DNA from: a virus
Taxonomy: Duplodnaviria; Caudoviricetes
Length of the DNA: 36,685 nucleotides
Direction: 5' to 3' (one strand)
IMG/VR virus record: IMGVR_UViG_3300025018_000308
Coordinates: 1-36,685 of that record
Shown here: in pieces, positions 1-9,350 of the stretch
Layout of the letters: the number at the start of each line of letters is the position of its first letter
How positions within the stretch are numbered: position 1 is the first letter of the stretch
The notes under the pieces: model-generated
Databases searched by the model: none
Told to the model about the DNA's origin: nothing
Seen by the model: the letters and a program-made list of their open reading frames with translations, nothing else
Program-made: the position numbers and the translations under genes

Positions 1-1235
1 TTACTTCCTACCGCAGAACCTATACCCGAAGCGTCAAGCATAGGAGCTTCTGACGAAGTGAGAGTTACATCACCTTGTGATTTTAGGATTACTATCGTTC
101 CATTTGCGTGTGGATTTGAGAAAGTTACTTTTCCAGTCCCTGTAATAGAGATTGAGGTATAGTTCTTTTCTACCACTGCAAGACCTCCTAAGTCTATATC
201 TGTCGTTCCAGAGGCTACCTCAAGTGCCCCGTCTGAGCCGTCACCCCCAAACTTTGCGATTGTATTAGTTACAGAAGACCTAACAACGTCTCCAGTCCCT
301 GTGGTATCGTCATTTGTTACATATTTATTTGAAGCATTTGGAGTTCCCGCCGTACCCGCAAGTGCGTCCTGAATGTTCTCTGTGAGAACCTGATCAAAGC
401 GTGGGAATAAATAAAACTTAGTTGTAGTATGTGCAAATCCTACTGAGACTTCCACTGTTCCTGCCGTTGAAGAAAACTCTCCTGCCGTATTAGAGGCATA
501 GTATTTTGTATCTGCTGTGAAAATCTCGCTTGAGGCTTCGTGTACCCCTGCGATTGTCACACCGTTTGTTATAACAGATCCGTCACCTGCACAAGCACCT
601 CTTGTAATACCTAGTTTTACATTATCTACTTGTCCCGCAATATCTGCGTCACAATATTTCCATTTTCCGTCAGAGATATCAAGATATACAAGTTTATCTA
701 CTGCCAAAACTGCACCCCCCTTTGCAGGTACTACTACTGGAGTGAGTGTGAGAGAGCCAAGCACGGCACTATCTAATTGACTTTTCCGCACAAGTTCGTT
801 TGAAGCTGTTGCGTCCTGACTAGATACTGGTGCAAGAGTGAATGTTTGAAGCAAAGACCACGTTTGAGCGTTATTAAGATTTCCAAACTGTGAGACAGTA
901 TAAGGGTCGTTTGTCACAATGACTTCTGCACCTGATTGAAACGCATTACCTGTACTTGAACCTGCGTATGGAGTAGTCGGATCAAGATTTCGTCCATTCG
1001 TTGCTACCGTAAGAGTTGCACTCGTATCTGAACCGCTCTGTGATATAGCATCACATTTTATCATTTCTATTGTATCTCCCTGTTTTACCACCACTACAAA
1101 CCAGTCTCCAAAATCTGAGAGTGCCAGTTCGTTACCCTTAGTGTCCACAAACTTGCGGAGAACGATAGAAGAAGCCGACGCAGTAAGAGGGCTTTTCAAA
1201 TATGTTTTTAGGGCTTTTACTATATATATTGACAT
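1..1235 (-). CDS. Tail fibre/spike-like virion protein, partial (runs off left edge; not in ORF track)
   Basis: ATG at 1235 after an AT-rich leader. Open frame MSIYIVKALKTYLKSPLTASASSIVL...KFGGDGSDGALEVASGTT...GIGSAVGS continues to position 1. Ser/Thr/Gly-rich with a FGGDGSDG motif. Follows the nozzle gene. No signal peptide. Confidence 0.75.
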   Translation of the reverse strand, partial: MSIYIVKALKTYLKSPLTASASSIVLRKFVDTKGNELALSDFGDWFVVVVKQGDTIEMIKCDAISQSGSDTSATLTVATNGRNLDPTTPYAGSSTGNAFQSGAEVIVTNDPYTVSQFGNLNNAQTWSLLQTFTLAPVSSQDATASNELVRKSQLDSAVLGSLTLTPVVVPAKGGAVLAVDKLVYLDISDGKWKYCDADIAGQVDNVKLGITRGACAGDGSVITNGVTIAGVHEASSEIFTADTKYYASNTAGEFSSTAGTVEVSVGFAHTTTKFYLFPRFDQVLTENIQDALAGTAGTPNASNKYVTNDDTTGTGDVVRSSVTNTIAKFGGDGSDGALEVASGTTDIDLGGLAVVEKNYTSISITGTGKVTFSNPHANGTIVILKSQGDVTLTSSEAPMLDASGIGSAVGS

Positions 1236-1253
1236 AATTTTATTTTAACATTT

Positions 1254-3071
1254 TTATTTACTAATAAATAACTCGCTTTCTATCTTTCGCGGTGCAATTT
1301 CGTCGTCTATATACCACGCAAGTAAGTGAAACTCATTATCATCACCTGTAATTGTGAACTTCGGACTAAAATCAAAATACGCAACTGCGTCAAACTTTGA
1401 GAACACTATTGCACGTCTTAATTCTGATACTTCCATATCTGCTCCTCCCCACGATCGGTCTGCATAAGGGTGTGTAGCCCAAGATACATCATCATCTACT
1501 GCATAAGTTGTTACTGTAGATCCGTCTATTTCAAAATTAGTGTCAGTTCGTGTCCCTGTTTCTTCAAAGAGTTGGTCTACATCTACAACAGTGTCTACTG
1601 TCAAACGGCAAGATACACCAAACATAGTATGTCTTTTCTTTCGGAAAGGGTGTTTGATTGAGCCTTCTCCGTGTGAGTGTCCAAAAGCGACAATCGCCTC
1701 AATAGGCGTTCCTAAATCGTCTCTACCAGAGAATAGCTTATAGGTCTGATTATCTGCGTTGTGGTGTCCATATTTGATACCGTCAATTATTGAAATACAA
1801 GATAAAGGCACTATTTGTGGCGGTTGGAAAAACCCTTCAATTAAATCTAATATCACAAGTGTGCTGTCTGCAGGACAAATTATGTATATTGCTCTTTCTA
1901 GGTAATAGACCCGTACATTTGTTAAGTCTAGGCGTGGTAACAAGTCTTCTACATCATCAGAAGCGAGACGGATATCATCAGTCGCAAGTATTTCGTTTGT
2001 GGTAATTCTTTGCAGAGTGCTGTCTTGTCCAACATAGATAATGTCTCCTTTATGTTTTGCTACTGCCATAGGTAACGCTCCTTTCAGTTCACCAGTCTCT
2101 AGCTTCTCCACATCTACCCATAAGCCATAAGGGTTTATTTCAACTGTTTTTGTAACTTTATACCAGTCATCTGCGTCTGATACCCAAAGCACACCCTTTC
2201 GTGCTATCAAAGCAGTTACATTGCCGTCTAATTGCATAAAAATAGGGGTAAGTGCAGTTCTTGACCCAGATGTGGGCATTGTAAAATCAAGCCCTGTTGC
2301 AAGTGAATATGTCTCAATATGTGAGAAATAAAGGTTTACGCTATTGTAATTTCCTACAACAATGTGGTTTTTGTATGAATATATAAAATCTAAGTCAAAT
2401 GTAGAAGATACTTCGTTTGCAAAAGCTACTGGCTTTGCAATGATTACATCATTTGCTACTGGTGTAGTATCCCAAGTTCCTGATATTGAGAGTGTCTGAG
2501 CCGTCGGATCATTCGTCTGGCTTTCCTCACTGTTTGCCGTTGTTGCACTGCCTATAAAATGAAGGAGTGTCTGAGCTGTCACATCTCCTGCGTCAAAGCC
2601 TTGTGCAAGACAAGTACCGTCTGCAGTAGGCAACACAACACTATTAGTAGTAGCACTTTCTACTGTACCGATTGCTCCATTCCACTGGTACATAGTCGCA
2701 GAACCGTCTACAAAAAATAGTCTTTTCTTTATAATTGAGCCGTTGCTGTCAATCCACGTTGCAAAAAATACCCTTGTTACATCACTGTCTAATGCGGTAA
2801 AAATGGTATACCACTTAGAATTATATTTAACCTGAACGGTCTGCCCAAATACTCTTATAGGTCGTACGCCACCAATAGCGTCTTTCCACACAAACTCTGA
2901 ATGAATAGCAGTGTTTTCTGTTGGTGCAGTCCCGTCGTTTACAAGACCGCCTCGTGTCGTTACTTTTCCTTTATGTACGACAACGTTCTTGGAAGGGTAT
3001 GCCAAGTTATTTACAGGTATTTTTGTAAGGTCTGTTCCTTCTATGTATCCTTGAAAGTTATCTACTATCAT
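1254..3071 (-). CDS. Tail nozzle / DNA stabilisation protein (P22 gp10 / T7 tubular protein B-like)
   Basis: 605 aa, beta-rich. N-terminal 'SKNVVVHKGKVTTRGG' pattern typical of podovirus nozzle proteins. Directly downstream of an adaptor-like gene. Confidence 0.65.
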   Translation of the reverse strand: MIVDNFQGYIEGTDLTKIPVNNLAYPSKNVVVHKGKVTTRGGLVNDGTAPTENTAIHSEFVWKDAIGGVRPIRVFGQTVQVKYNSKWYTIFTALDSDVTRVFFATWIDSNGSIIKKRLFFVDGSATMYQWNGAIGTVESATTNSVVLPTADGTCLAQGFDAGDVTAQTLLHFIGSATTANSEESQTNDPTAQTLSISGTWDTTPVANDVIIAKPVAFANEVSSTFDLDFIYSYKNHIVVGNYNSVNLYFSHIETYSLATGLDFTMPTSGSRTALTPIFMQLDGNVTALIARKGVLWVSDADDWYKVTKTVEINPYGLWVDVEKLETGELKGALPMAVAKHKGDIIYVGQDSTLQRITTNEILATDDIRLASDDVEDLLPRLDLTNVRVYYLERAIYIICPADSTLVILDLIEGFFQPPQIVPLSCISIIDGIKYGHHNADNQTYKLFSGRDDLGTPIEAIVAFGHSHGEGSIKHPFRKKRHTMFGVSCRLTVDTVVDVDQLFEETGTRTDTNFEIDGSTVTTYAVDDDVSWATHPYADRSWGGADMEVSELRRAIVFSKFDAVAYFDFSPKFTITGDDNEFHLLAWYIDDEIAPRKIESELFISK

Positions 3072-3073
3072 AA

Positions 3074-4249
3074 TTATGTATCTAAGCTCTCGGTATTGTC
3101 TTGAAGACGACCAAAAGATGTGTCTATGCTCATATCTATCTCTGGAGACTTACTATATGTCGCAGGTTCTTCACTTGAAGGGTGTGAAGCCCAATAGTTA
3201 TTGTATTTCCTCTGTAATTGCCCTTCAAATCGTTTGGTTATTTGGCTATCTATACTGTCAAACGTTGCTGATTGAACAATCTGCAAACAAAGCTCGTAGT
3301 GTAGAATACCCGCAACATCACGGTCAAAGTTGATCTTATCTTGGTTCGCTACTGAAATAGTGCTTTGCCATAGTACGCCCGTACTTGTTGCATAAGGCTT
3401 ATTTGAGTAATACTCTAAGTAATAAGGATTAAACTTTTGAATAGTGAACTTGTCAAAGATAAGCGTCATAGTCTCTCCTGTCGTTGTAGTGCCTATAATC
3501 TCCCAAGAAGCAATGGCACTGCTGTCTGGACTTCCTACTGTAGTAGCATTAGCCATATCAAATCGTGTTATGTTCCACCCGTCTATCAACTTGTCCCCAA
3601 CGCTATCCACAGCCGTTGTAACTTGATAGTAATTTCCTGAACTTGAGAGCAGTCTGATCACAATAGAGGCAAGATTATCTGCTGTGGGTATATATGTTGG
3701 TAGTAATGTTACCCCTTTTAAGTAGCCAGAGATATCTATGGTGGAGGCAAGAGTATCAGAAACAGTCACTCCTGCGTCAGTAAACGTAGCCTGAATAGCA
3801 GATGATCCAACAAGATAGTTATGCTGATTGAGTGCGACACTTCCTCCTGTTTTTGTGCCTACGCTCTCCATACTGTCAATAGTCAGTATTGAAGCAGTGA
3901 TATTGTGTTGTACCACTAGAAATCGCACTCCGTTTATATATTCAATAGTATAAGTGTTATTTGCCAATTTCTTATAGTATTGCTTTGGTGGTGAATATGT
4001 GAACTTTCGCAAACCGTCATTTGTATAAAGGTCTGACGGTACAAGTACATCGTCTGGACAATAATACATATAGACCTGCTGTGCCAGACCTCCATAGATA
4101 GGCACTCTACGCTTCAATGTTTCTGGACGGCAATTATCCAACACGTTTTCAACCGCCTTTCTTATTTGAGTGTCCCAATCAACAGAGAATGAGTTTCCGC
4201 CTTCAAACTCGCCTTGTACGTCTGATTTTAGTGTTGTTGCCTCTATCAT
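3074..4249 (-). CDS. Head-tail adaptor (tubular protein A-like) with an inserted beta-sandwich domain
   Basis: 391 aa with helical N- and C-termini, 'YYCPDD' motif and a central beta-rich insert. Position immediately before the nozzle gene. Confidence 0.5.
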   Translation of the reverse strand: MIEATTLKSDVQGEFEGGNSFSVDWDTQIRKAVENVLDNCRPETLKRRVPIYGGLAQQVYMYYCPDDVLVPSDLYTNDGLRKFTYSPPKQYYKKLANNTYTIEYINGVRFLVVQHNITASILTIDSMESVGTKTGGSVALNQHNYLVGSSAIQATFTDAGVTVSDTLASTIDISGYLKGVTLLPTYIPTADNLASIVIRLLSSSGNYYQVTTAVDSVGDKLIDGWNITRFDMANATTVGSPDSSAIASWEIIGTTTTGETMTLIFDKFTIQKFNPYYLEYYSNKPYATSTGVLWQSTISVANQDKINFDRDVAGILHYELCLQIVQSATFDSIDSQITKRFEGQLQRKYNNYWASHPSSEEPATYSKSPEIDMSIDTSFGRLQDNTESLDT

Positions 4250-4251
4250 AA

Positions 4252-4521
4252 TTATTTCTTAAACCACTTGTAATATACCTTTCTCAGTGCTCCAAACGTG
4301 GTCAATACTGCTGAAATCCCCAAAAGAACTCCCTGAATACCAGTTACGATTGTATCCGTAATGGGTGAGATGTCTTTTACTGCGTCTGCAGGTATTACTC
4401 CAACGAGTGAAAGTATGGTAAAAACTGCGGTCAGAACACCTTGTATAGTCATAGACATCTGCTTTGGATCTGCAGAAGACCGTAGTATCGGATATTTTTC
4501 AATTAAAGTTTTTGTATTCAT
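4252..4521 (-). CDS. Small two-TM holin-like membrane protein
   Basis: 89 aa, two hydrophobic segments, basic C-terminus, RSSADP..SMTI motif. Adjacent to a holin. Confidence 0.6.
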   Translation of the reverse strand: MNTKTLIEKYPILRSSADPKQMSMTIQGVLTAVFTILSLVGVIPADAVKDISPITDTIVTGIQGVLLGISAVLTTFGALRKVYYKWFKK

Positions 4522-4543
4522 AACATTATTCTTAATTTATAAA

Positions 4544-5065
4544 CTATTTTTTATTTTTTAGACGAACCGCGTTTTTATATTCTGGCTCGTCGTTACTGAT
4601 TTTTTTTTTCTCTGCGTTCAACAGTCTTAATGTGCTTTTTCTTAATAGATTTAATACTGCTGATACTGCGTCAAACTCCTCTACTTCCTTTTTGGTGTGT
4701 ATCGCATATATATTTCCTAGAATTGAATACAATTCTGAAAGTATGAAGATACTCAATGCACTTCCCGCAACAGCAAGTAGATTTATTCCAATTCCTTCCC
4801 CTGCCCATACGACCAACAAAGGCACGAGAAGAAGTAACATTTTAGAAATTACACCCGCAGACAATTTACTAGACTTGATATGCCTACCCCCGTGAAGAAT
4901 TAAAACTTTCAATACGCCCGTAACTGTATCTATAAAAATAAATATGGCTAGTATTGCGTACGCTCTAATATCAAGACCAACAAAAAACGCCAACAGGTAA
5001 GAACTATTCTTTATAATGTTCACCGTTGAATGTTCTCGTATTAGATCAAACATATTAAAACTCAC
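4544..5065 (-). CDS. Phage holin (Phage_holin_4 / toxin-secretion holin family)
   Basis: Pattern 'IFIDTVTG...SSKLSAGVISK...ELYSILGN' with multiple TM segments and a basic tail. Confidence 0.8.
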   Translation of the reverse strand: MSFNMFDLIREHSTVNIIKNSSYLLAFFVGLDIRAYAILAIFIFIDTVTGVLKVLILHGGRHIKSSKLSAGVISKMLLLLVPLLVVWAGEGIGINLLAVAGSALSIFILSELYSILGNIYAIHTKKEVEEFDAVSAVLNLLRKSTLRLLNAEKKKISNDEPEYKNAVRLKNKK

Positions 5066-5378
5066 AATTACCCCTTATAAAATCTTTTATCTTCGCTTTC
5101 GTAATGTCTATCTTGCCATTTATATTTTGCCCCCTTATTTCTTCACATTCTGTATTTATAACATCTTCAATCAACATAACTTCGTTGAGGGTTAAACTTT
5201 CTTTGTCCACAAGGGCTAGTGCCTGATTTTTCAATTCCGCCCATTCTGCTTTGCTGTATTTCTCTTTCAATACTCTACCGTCTGGCTTAATATCATCTGT
5301 TCTTAGAGCAAATGCACTCCCTACGAGTGTAATAGTGATTGCTGTACCTGCTATTATTTTTTTAGTTTTATCTAACAT
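5055..5378 (-). CDS. Small secreted hypothetical protein
   Basis: 107 aa. N-terminus MLDKTKKIIAGTAITITLVGSAFA has a basic n-region, hydrophobic h-region and AFA cleavage motif. Confidence 0.6.
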   Translation of the reverse strand: MLDKTKKIIAGTAITITLVGSAFALRTDDIKPDGRVLKEKYSKAEWAELKNQALALVDKESLTLNEVMLIEDVINTECEEIRGQNINGKIDITKAKIKDFIRGNCEF

Positions 5379-6364
5379 TATGCTATATATTCTGGCTTAT
5401 AAACAAAGTCTCCGAGTATCATAGTAGTGCCGTCATCTGCACCGCCTCCTACGCTGAATTCAAATGTCCCACTTGTAGTCCATTTTAGGACTGTGTATGA
5501 GCCGTCTGTGGTTTCCGTTGCTCCTGTGCTGTCATCTACTGTGATTGTTCCTGTTTCAAAGCGGACTATTACCACGCCGTCTCCACCGTCAGAGCCATTT
5601 CCGGGAAATGCACCTGAATTACCACCTCCACCTCCACCGAGTCCATCTGTTCCTGCTGTTTGTCCCCCACAAGCAGTACCACCATCACCACCTCCGCCAG
5701 TTCCTCCAGTGTTTCCACCATTACAGGTACTTATCTCACTTCCTCCACCGCCTCCCGCATAAGTTACTGAAGAACCAGTTATTGAGTTGGATAATCCGTT
5801 ACCACCCGTACCTCCAGCGGTTGTACCCGCATTTGCACCCACTGCACCCGCACCGCCACCTCCGCCAGAATGTTCTTGGTGTGTTGCACTCCCCCCTGTG
5901 TTCCCCTGCCCTGATGTTGCACCTCCTCCAGTTCCTATTGTGAATGTGCCGTTATTATATCCACCACCACCTCCAGAGCCACCAGTAGCACCGTCTTGAT
6001 TTGAGACTGACCCACCTCCACCTCCACCAATAGCAACATACAATGCACCAATAGATGAGTTTCCACCATTAGTCCCCTTATTTGCATCGTTAGTAGAACC
6101 TGCCCCACCTGCACCCACTGTGATTGTATATGTGCCTACATCTATTGCTTGTGCTGTTTGATATATATATCCACCCGCACCACCACCTCCACCTCTCTGT
6201 CTACCACCCCCTCCACCACCACCAACTACAAGGACATCAAATGTCCCCGTATCAGCATTAGCAAGGAAAGTGTTATAAGAAAAAGTACCAACAACTACGA
6301 AAGCTACCGTAAGTAATATACTTGTTCCTTTTCGCAACCAGTTTTTAAGTGTTGATTTCTTCAT
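5378..6364 (-). CDS. Glycine-rich fibre-like protein with N-terminal signal peptide/anchor
   Basis: Likely start ATG 6364 (MKKSTLKNW...ILLTVAFVVVGTF...ANA). 'DVLVVGGGGGGG...GGGGAGG...YTITVGAGG...GGDGVVIVRF' is the glycine-rich domain common in phage fibre proteins. The track start (6448) overlaps the upstream gene. Confidence 0.75.
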   Translation of the reverse strand: MKKSTLKNWLRKGTSILLTVAFVVVGTFSYNTFLANADTGTFDVLVVGGGGGGGRQRGGGGGAGGYIYQTAQAIDVGTYTITVGAGGAGSTNDANKGTNGGNSSIGALYVAIGGGGGGSVSNQDGATGGSGGGGGYNNGTFTIGTGGGATSGQGNTGGSATHQEHSGGGGGAGAVGANAGTTAGGTGGNGLSNSITGSSVTYAGGGGGSEISTCNGGNTGGTGGGGDGGTACGGQTAGTDGLGGGGGGNSGAFPGNGSDGGDGVVIVRFETGTITVDDSTGATETTDGSYTVLKWTTSGTFEFSVGGGADDGTTMILGDFVYKPEYIA

Positions 6365-6371
6365 AAGCGTT

Positions 6372-7661
6372 TTAGTAACCTGTTGAATAAGAGCCGAAGA
6401 CTGTTCCTGTTGAAGTCGCTGTTGTGAATACAAGTATGTCTGTAGCACCTGCTGTTGTAGTCAATGTCGGAGCAGTAGCGTCTTTCCATACGATTGTAGG
6501 GTATGTAAGTGTTCGTGAACCTGTGCCGTCTTGTGTTACATATACTCTGATTGACTGCCCGATTTGAACATTTGAGAATGTGATTGTTCTGTTATCGCCC
6601 AAAGTTACATAGTGGACATTACTTTGTGCCCAATCTATATCTATCGTAGCTCCGTCTGTAAGAGCGTTGCTTTCTGATACTATGTTTCCGTTTACTGTGA
6701 GAGTTGCTGTGGGAGATGTTGTGGCTATTCCTACCTTGCTTCCAGTGTCTGTTAGAGTAGCTGAGTAGAGTGTTTTCCACCTTCTGGTTATAAGACCCAA
6801 ATCAGTATTCAAGTCTGCTGTTCCATAAAGGTCTTGAGAAGTCTGAACAGCACCCGATGTGAAGTAAAGAAGCTCTGTACCTGCTCTTTTGATATATCCG
6901 TCTCCACTAAACTCAAAGTTTCCGTTTATTTCTAGTTTCTCACTTGGAGAATTAGTACCGATACCAATAGTTCCGTCCGCTTGTATTCTCATTCTTTCAT
7001 TCTCTGTCGCACTACCTCCAGTTCCAAAAATCATATCCCCTGTAGCGTTTGTGTTTGCGAGAGCAAAGTCTCCTGCTACTGTTGAAGAAATAATATCAGA
7101 ACCACCACCTGCAATTCCCATACGAGTAGTTCCTTGTGTGTTCGTGAAATACATACCCTGTAATGTTGCAGAGCTATCGTTACCTATGTGCATTGTTGTA
7201 GCGGGAGCATTGTTATTGAAGCCCACTCTATTCAATGAAGGGTCTACGAATAGCGCACCGCTACTTACATCTATTGCTCCTGCGAATGTTGATGTTGCAG
7301 TGGTGCTTGTAGCCATAAAGTGAGTTCCTGTTATAAGACCCGCGTTCGTGATCTGAAACCCCTCGAAATCTATATCTCCTCCTACACCCGAGAATGTGAG
7401 CGTATCAGTTACTGTTGTTGAAGCGGTAAGATTTGTGAAATAGCCGTGTGATATAGGGCTACTAGGACTTCCTAGTGTCCACGTTGATATTGTAGGTGTC
7501 ACTGCACCATTAAGTAATCGGAAAAGACTTTGTCCCCCAACTGCAGAGTTTACCTGTGCAAAAGTGACCGCTCCTCCTAACAAAACAAGCCCAAACACCG
7601 CAATAAGTACGGAGAGGCTTTGTCTTTTGAAGAAATCTTTAATTTTATTCATAATTTGCAT
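6372..7661 (-). CDS. Trimeric fibre/adhesin-like protein with Sec signal peptide
   Basis: N-terminus KIKDFFKRQSLSVLIAVFGLVLLGGAVTFA-Q. Contains ATSTTATSTF and shaft repeats VGFNNNAP / IGIGTNSP / VGIATTSP. C-terminal 'TLGDNRTITFSN...QDGTGSRTLTYP...APTLTTTAGATD' fibre-tip domain. Confidence 0.75.
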   Translation of the reverse strand: MQIMNKIKDFFKRQSLSVLIAVFGLVLLGGAVTFAQVNSAVGGQSLFRLLNGAVTPTISTWTLGSPSSPISHGYFTNLTASTTVTDTLTFSGVGGDIDFEGFQITNAGLITGTHFMATSTTATSTFAGAIDVSSGALFVDPSLNRVGFNNNAPATTMHIGNDSSATLQGMYFTNTQGTTRMGIAGGGSDIISSTVAGDFALANTNATGDMIFGTGGSATENERMRIQADGTIGIGTNSPSEKLEINGNFEFSGDGYIKRAGTELLYFTSGAVQTSQDLYGTADLNTDLGLITRRWKTLYSATLTDTGSKVGIATTSPTATLTVNGNIVSESNALTDGATIDIDWAQSNVHYVTLGDNRTITFSNVQIGQSIRVYVTQDGTGSRTLTYPTIVWKDATAPTLTTTAGATDILVFTTATSTGTVFGSYSTGY

Positions 7662-7663
7662 AA

Positions 7664-7960
7664 TTAGAACTGGTAGAGGAAGGTTACCCCTTCTCCACTT
7701 ACTTCTGCGTCAAGATATATGCTATATAAATCGTATATATCAAGTGTTACAGATGTACCTGCTGAAAGAGGAATACCGCGTCTTGTTGATAAACTTGCGA
7801 CCACTGTACTGTCACCGATCACGATGTAGCCAGTGTTATCTAACTCCGCCATTATTGTTACCTTTCGGCAAGGCGTGTTTGCTGAGACTAGACGCTCTGC
7901 TGTACCTGCTGTGGTTACAGTCTTTCGTCCGTCTCGTATGTTTGGAAATATGTCTTGCAT
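7664..7960 (-). CDS. Small beta-sandwich virion-associated protein
   Basis: 98 aa 'KTVTTAGTAERL...NTGYIVIGDSTV...GIPLSAG...IYLD'; located in the structural module. Confidence 0.6.
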   Translation of the reverse strand: MQDIFPNIRDGRKTVTTAGTAERLVSANTPCRKVTIMAELDNTGYIVIGDSTVVASLSTRRGIPLSAGTSVTLDIYDLYSIYLDAEVSGEGVTFLYQF

Positions 7961-7988
7961 AAATAATTTGTTAATGTGAGTAATCCTC

Positions 7989-8036
7989 CTCAGACGCTAT
8001 ATCCTGCCCCCATAAGAGACAGGTATAACGCCCGAA
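7989..8036 (-). terminator. Long G-U-rich stem-loop after the small post-capsid gene
   Basis: Minus strand TTCGGGCGTTATACCTGTCTC...GGGGGCAGGATATAGCGTCTGAG pairs over about 21 bp using G-U wobbles. No U-tract, so it may be a processing/stability hairpin rather than a terminator. Confidence 0.45.
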
Positions 8037-8219
8037 TTACGAACCAGTTGTATACGCGTACAAGTAATAAGTAGTACCACCTATATCCACCGCAATTTGG
8101 TGTGAAAGTGTACCTGCACTTGTAACAGCGTCAGCAACTGCTTTGAAGATCGGCTCATCTACTGCTTCGTTTGAGAAGTCAAAATAGATTTTCTTTACGT
8201 TTTGTTTTCGTCTTGCCAT
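8037..8219 (-). CDS. Small (60 aa) post-capsid protein, possible head fibre/decoration
   Basis: ATG 8219 MARRKQNVKK...IAVDIGGTTYYLYAY. The longer track version overlaps the major capsid gene. Confidence 0.6.
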   Translation of the reverse strand: MARRKQNVKKIYFDFSNEAVDEPIFKAVADAVTSAGTLSHQIAVDIGGTTYYLYAYTTGS

Positions 8220-8248
8220 ATATTTGTCAAGATTAGAGCCAATAATGT

Positions 8249-8301
8249 GTCTTTGGCACTCTATCCCGCCCCCCGAGAGAGGCAAGGAGAGTGCCCAAGA
8301 C
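8249..8301 (-). terminator. Long stem-loop directly after the major capsid stop codon
   Basis: Minus strand GTCTTGGGCACTCTCCTTGCCTCTC...GGGGGCGGGATAGAGTGCCAAAGAC forms an imperfect stem of over 20 bp with G-U pairs. Confidence 0.5.
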
Positions 8302-8305
8302 CTGC

Positions 8306-9310
8306 TTACGCAGTTGCCTGAACCTGCAAGAGACCCTTTCCTGATACAGCTCCGATACCGTAAACGGCTCGTCCTGTGTAGGATAGTGTCCACTTGTCTT
8401 GATTGATCTCCGCAGGTGCAACCATAGGAGATGTCCAAGATACATAGTATCCCTGAAAACTTGTCTCGGGCATACCACCTAGAGCACCTAGATACCAATA
8501 AAATGACTTATCGCTATCTGTTACGTTGAGAGCAGTAACGTCAAACTCAACAATAAGATGTCGGTACTTATTCTTGTAGGTGTTTTTCACACCTGCGTTT
8601 GCGTTTGTTGATCCCTCAATAAGCTCTGGAGACATACTGCCAAGAATACGTGCAACCCTGTTCACCATAGTTGCCTTTCGGCTCGTAATGATTGTATTAG
8701 GGTTCATAGTAATTCTTTGTCCGTTGTTGTCCAGAACGTTGTAATTGAAGAAGTCCTCTGCACTTTCCAATGCACTCTCGCTGAATGACGGAGCACCAGA
8801 AAGAATGTTTGAATAAGTTGTAGAGCTGTTCTTCAATGTGTGAGTTGTGTGGAATAGAGCCAACCCGTCTCCTACAGTTGTGTCAATAGTAAAACCACCA
8901 TTGTCTGTATAAGAAGAACTTGAACCGTAACCTATAAAGTTCCTCATATCCAACTCAATTTTGTCTACTACATCTGCACCAGTCTGAGTTGCGTACTGTG
9001 CAAGTTTATGTGCGGTAAGGGCTTTATAAGCCTCACCTGACACAAGTCGGGTAACAGAAACTGTCTTGCGAACAATGTCCTTGTAGTATCCCTGTGAGAT
9101 ACCACGTTGTGCAGAACTTTGACCTTCTACCTTTTGCTCTGCAAATCGGTCGCGATCCATTTCCTGTATCCTCTTTGTGTTAGAACTCCAGTCGCCGTTT
9201 TCCTTGTGGAAGATACGTCGTACGTCCCCTGCGGGTCGGAACGCCTCTTTCACAAATGACTTCTTGATGAGGTCATTTACTGCGGGAGTTGTCATAGTGC
9301 TAACTAACAT
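8306..9310 (-). CDS. Major capsid protein (HK97 fold, Mu gpT-like)
   Basis: 334 aa. Motifs 'GDGLALFHTTHT', 'FSESALESA...DNNGQRITMNPNTII', and C-terminal 'YTGRAVYGIG'. Downstream of portal and scaffold. Confidence 0.8.
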   Translation of the reverse strand: MLVSTMTTPAVNDLIKKSFVKEAFRPAGDVRRIFHKENGDWSSNTKRIQEMDRDRFAEQKVEGQSSAQRGISQGYYKDIVRKTVSVTRLVSGEAYKALTAHKLAQYATQTGADVVDKIELDMRNFIGYGSSSSYTDNGGFTIDTTVGDGLALFHTTHTLKNSSTTYSNILSGAPSFSESALESAEDFFNYNVLDNNGQRITMNPNTIITSRKATMVNRVARILGSMSPELIEGSTNANAGVKNTYKNKYRHLIVEFDVTALNVTDSDKSFYWYLGALGGMPETSFQGYYVSWTSPMVAPAEINQDKWTLSYTGRAVYGIGAVSGKGLLQVQATA

Positions 9311-9350
9311 AAGATTATGATTAGATTAAAAGTGAATAAAGTGCGAATTA

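Noticed and set aside
5378-7661. Diversity-generating retroelement or invertible fibre cassette
   Set aside because: No reverse transcriptase or recombinase in the window, and no TR/VR-like duplicate seen; the repeats are only Gly codon runs.
8220-8498. N-terminal extension of ORF 8037-8498 and ORF 8233-8478
   Set aside because: They overlap the major capsid gene and its 3' hairpin; ATG 8219 is the plausible start.
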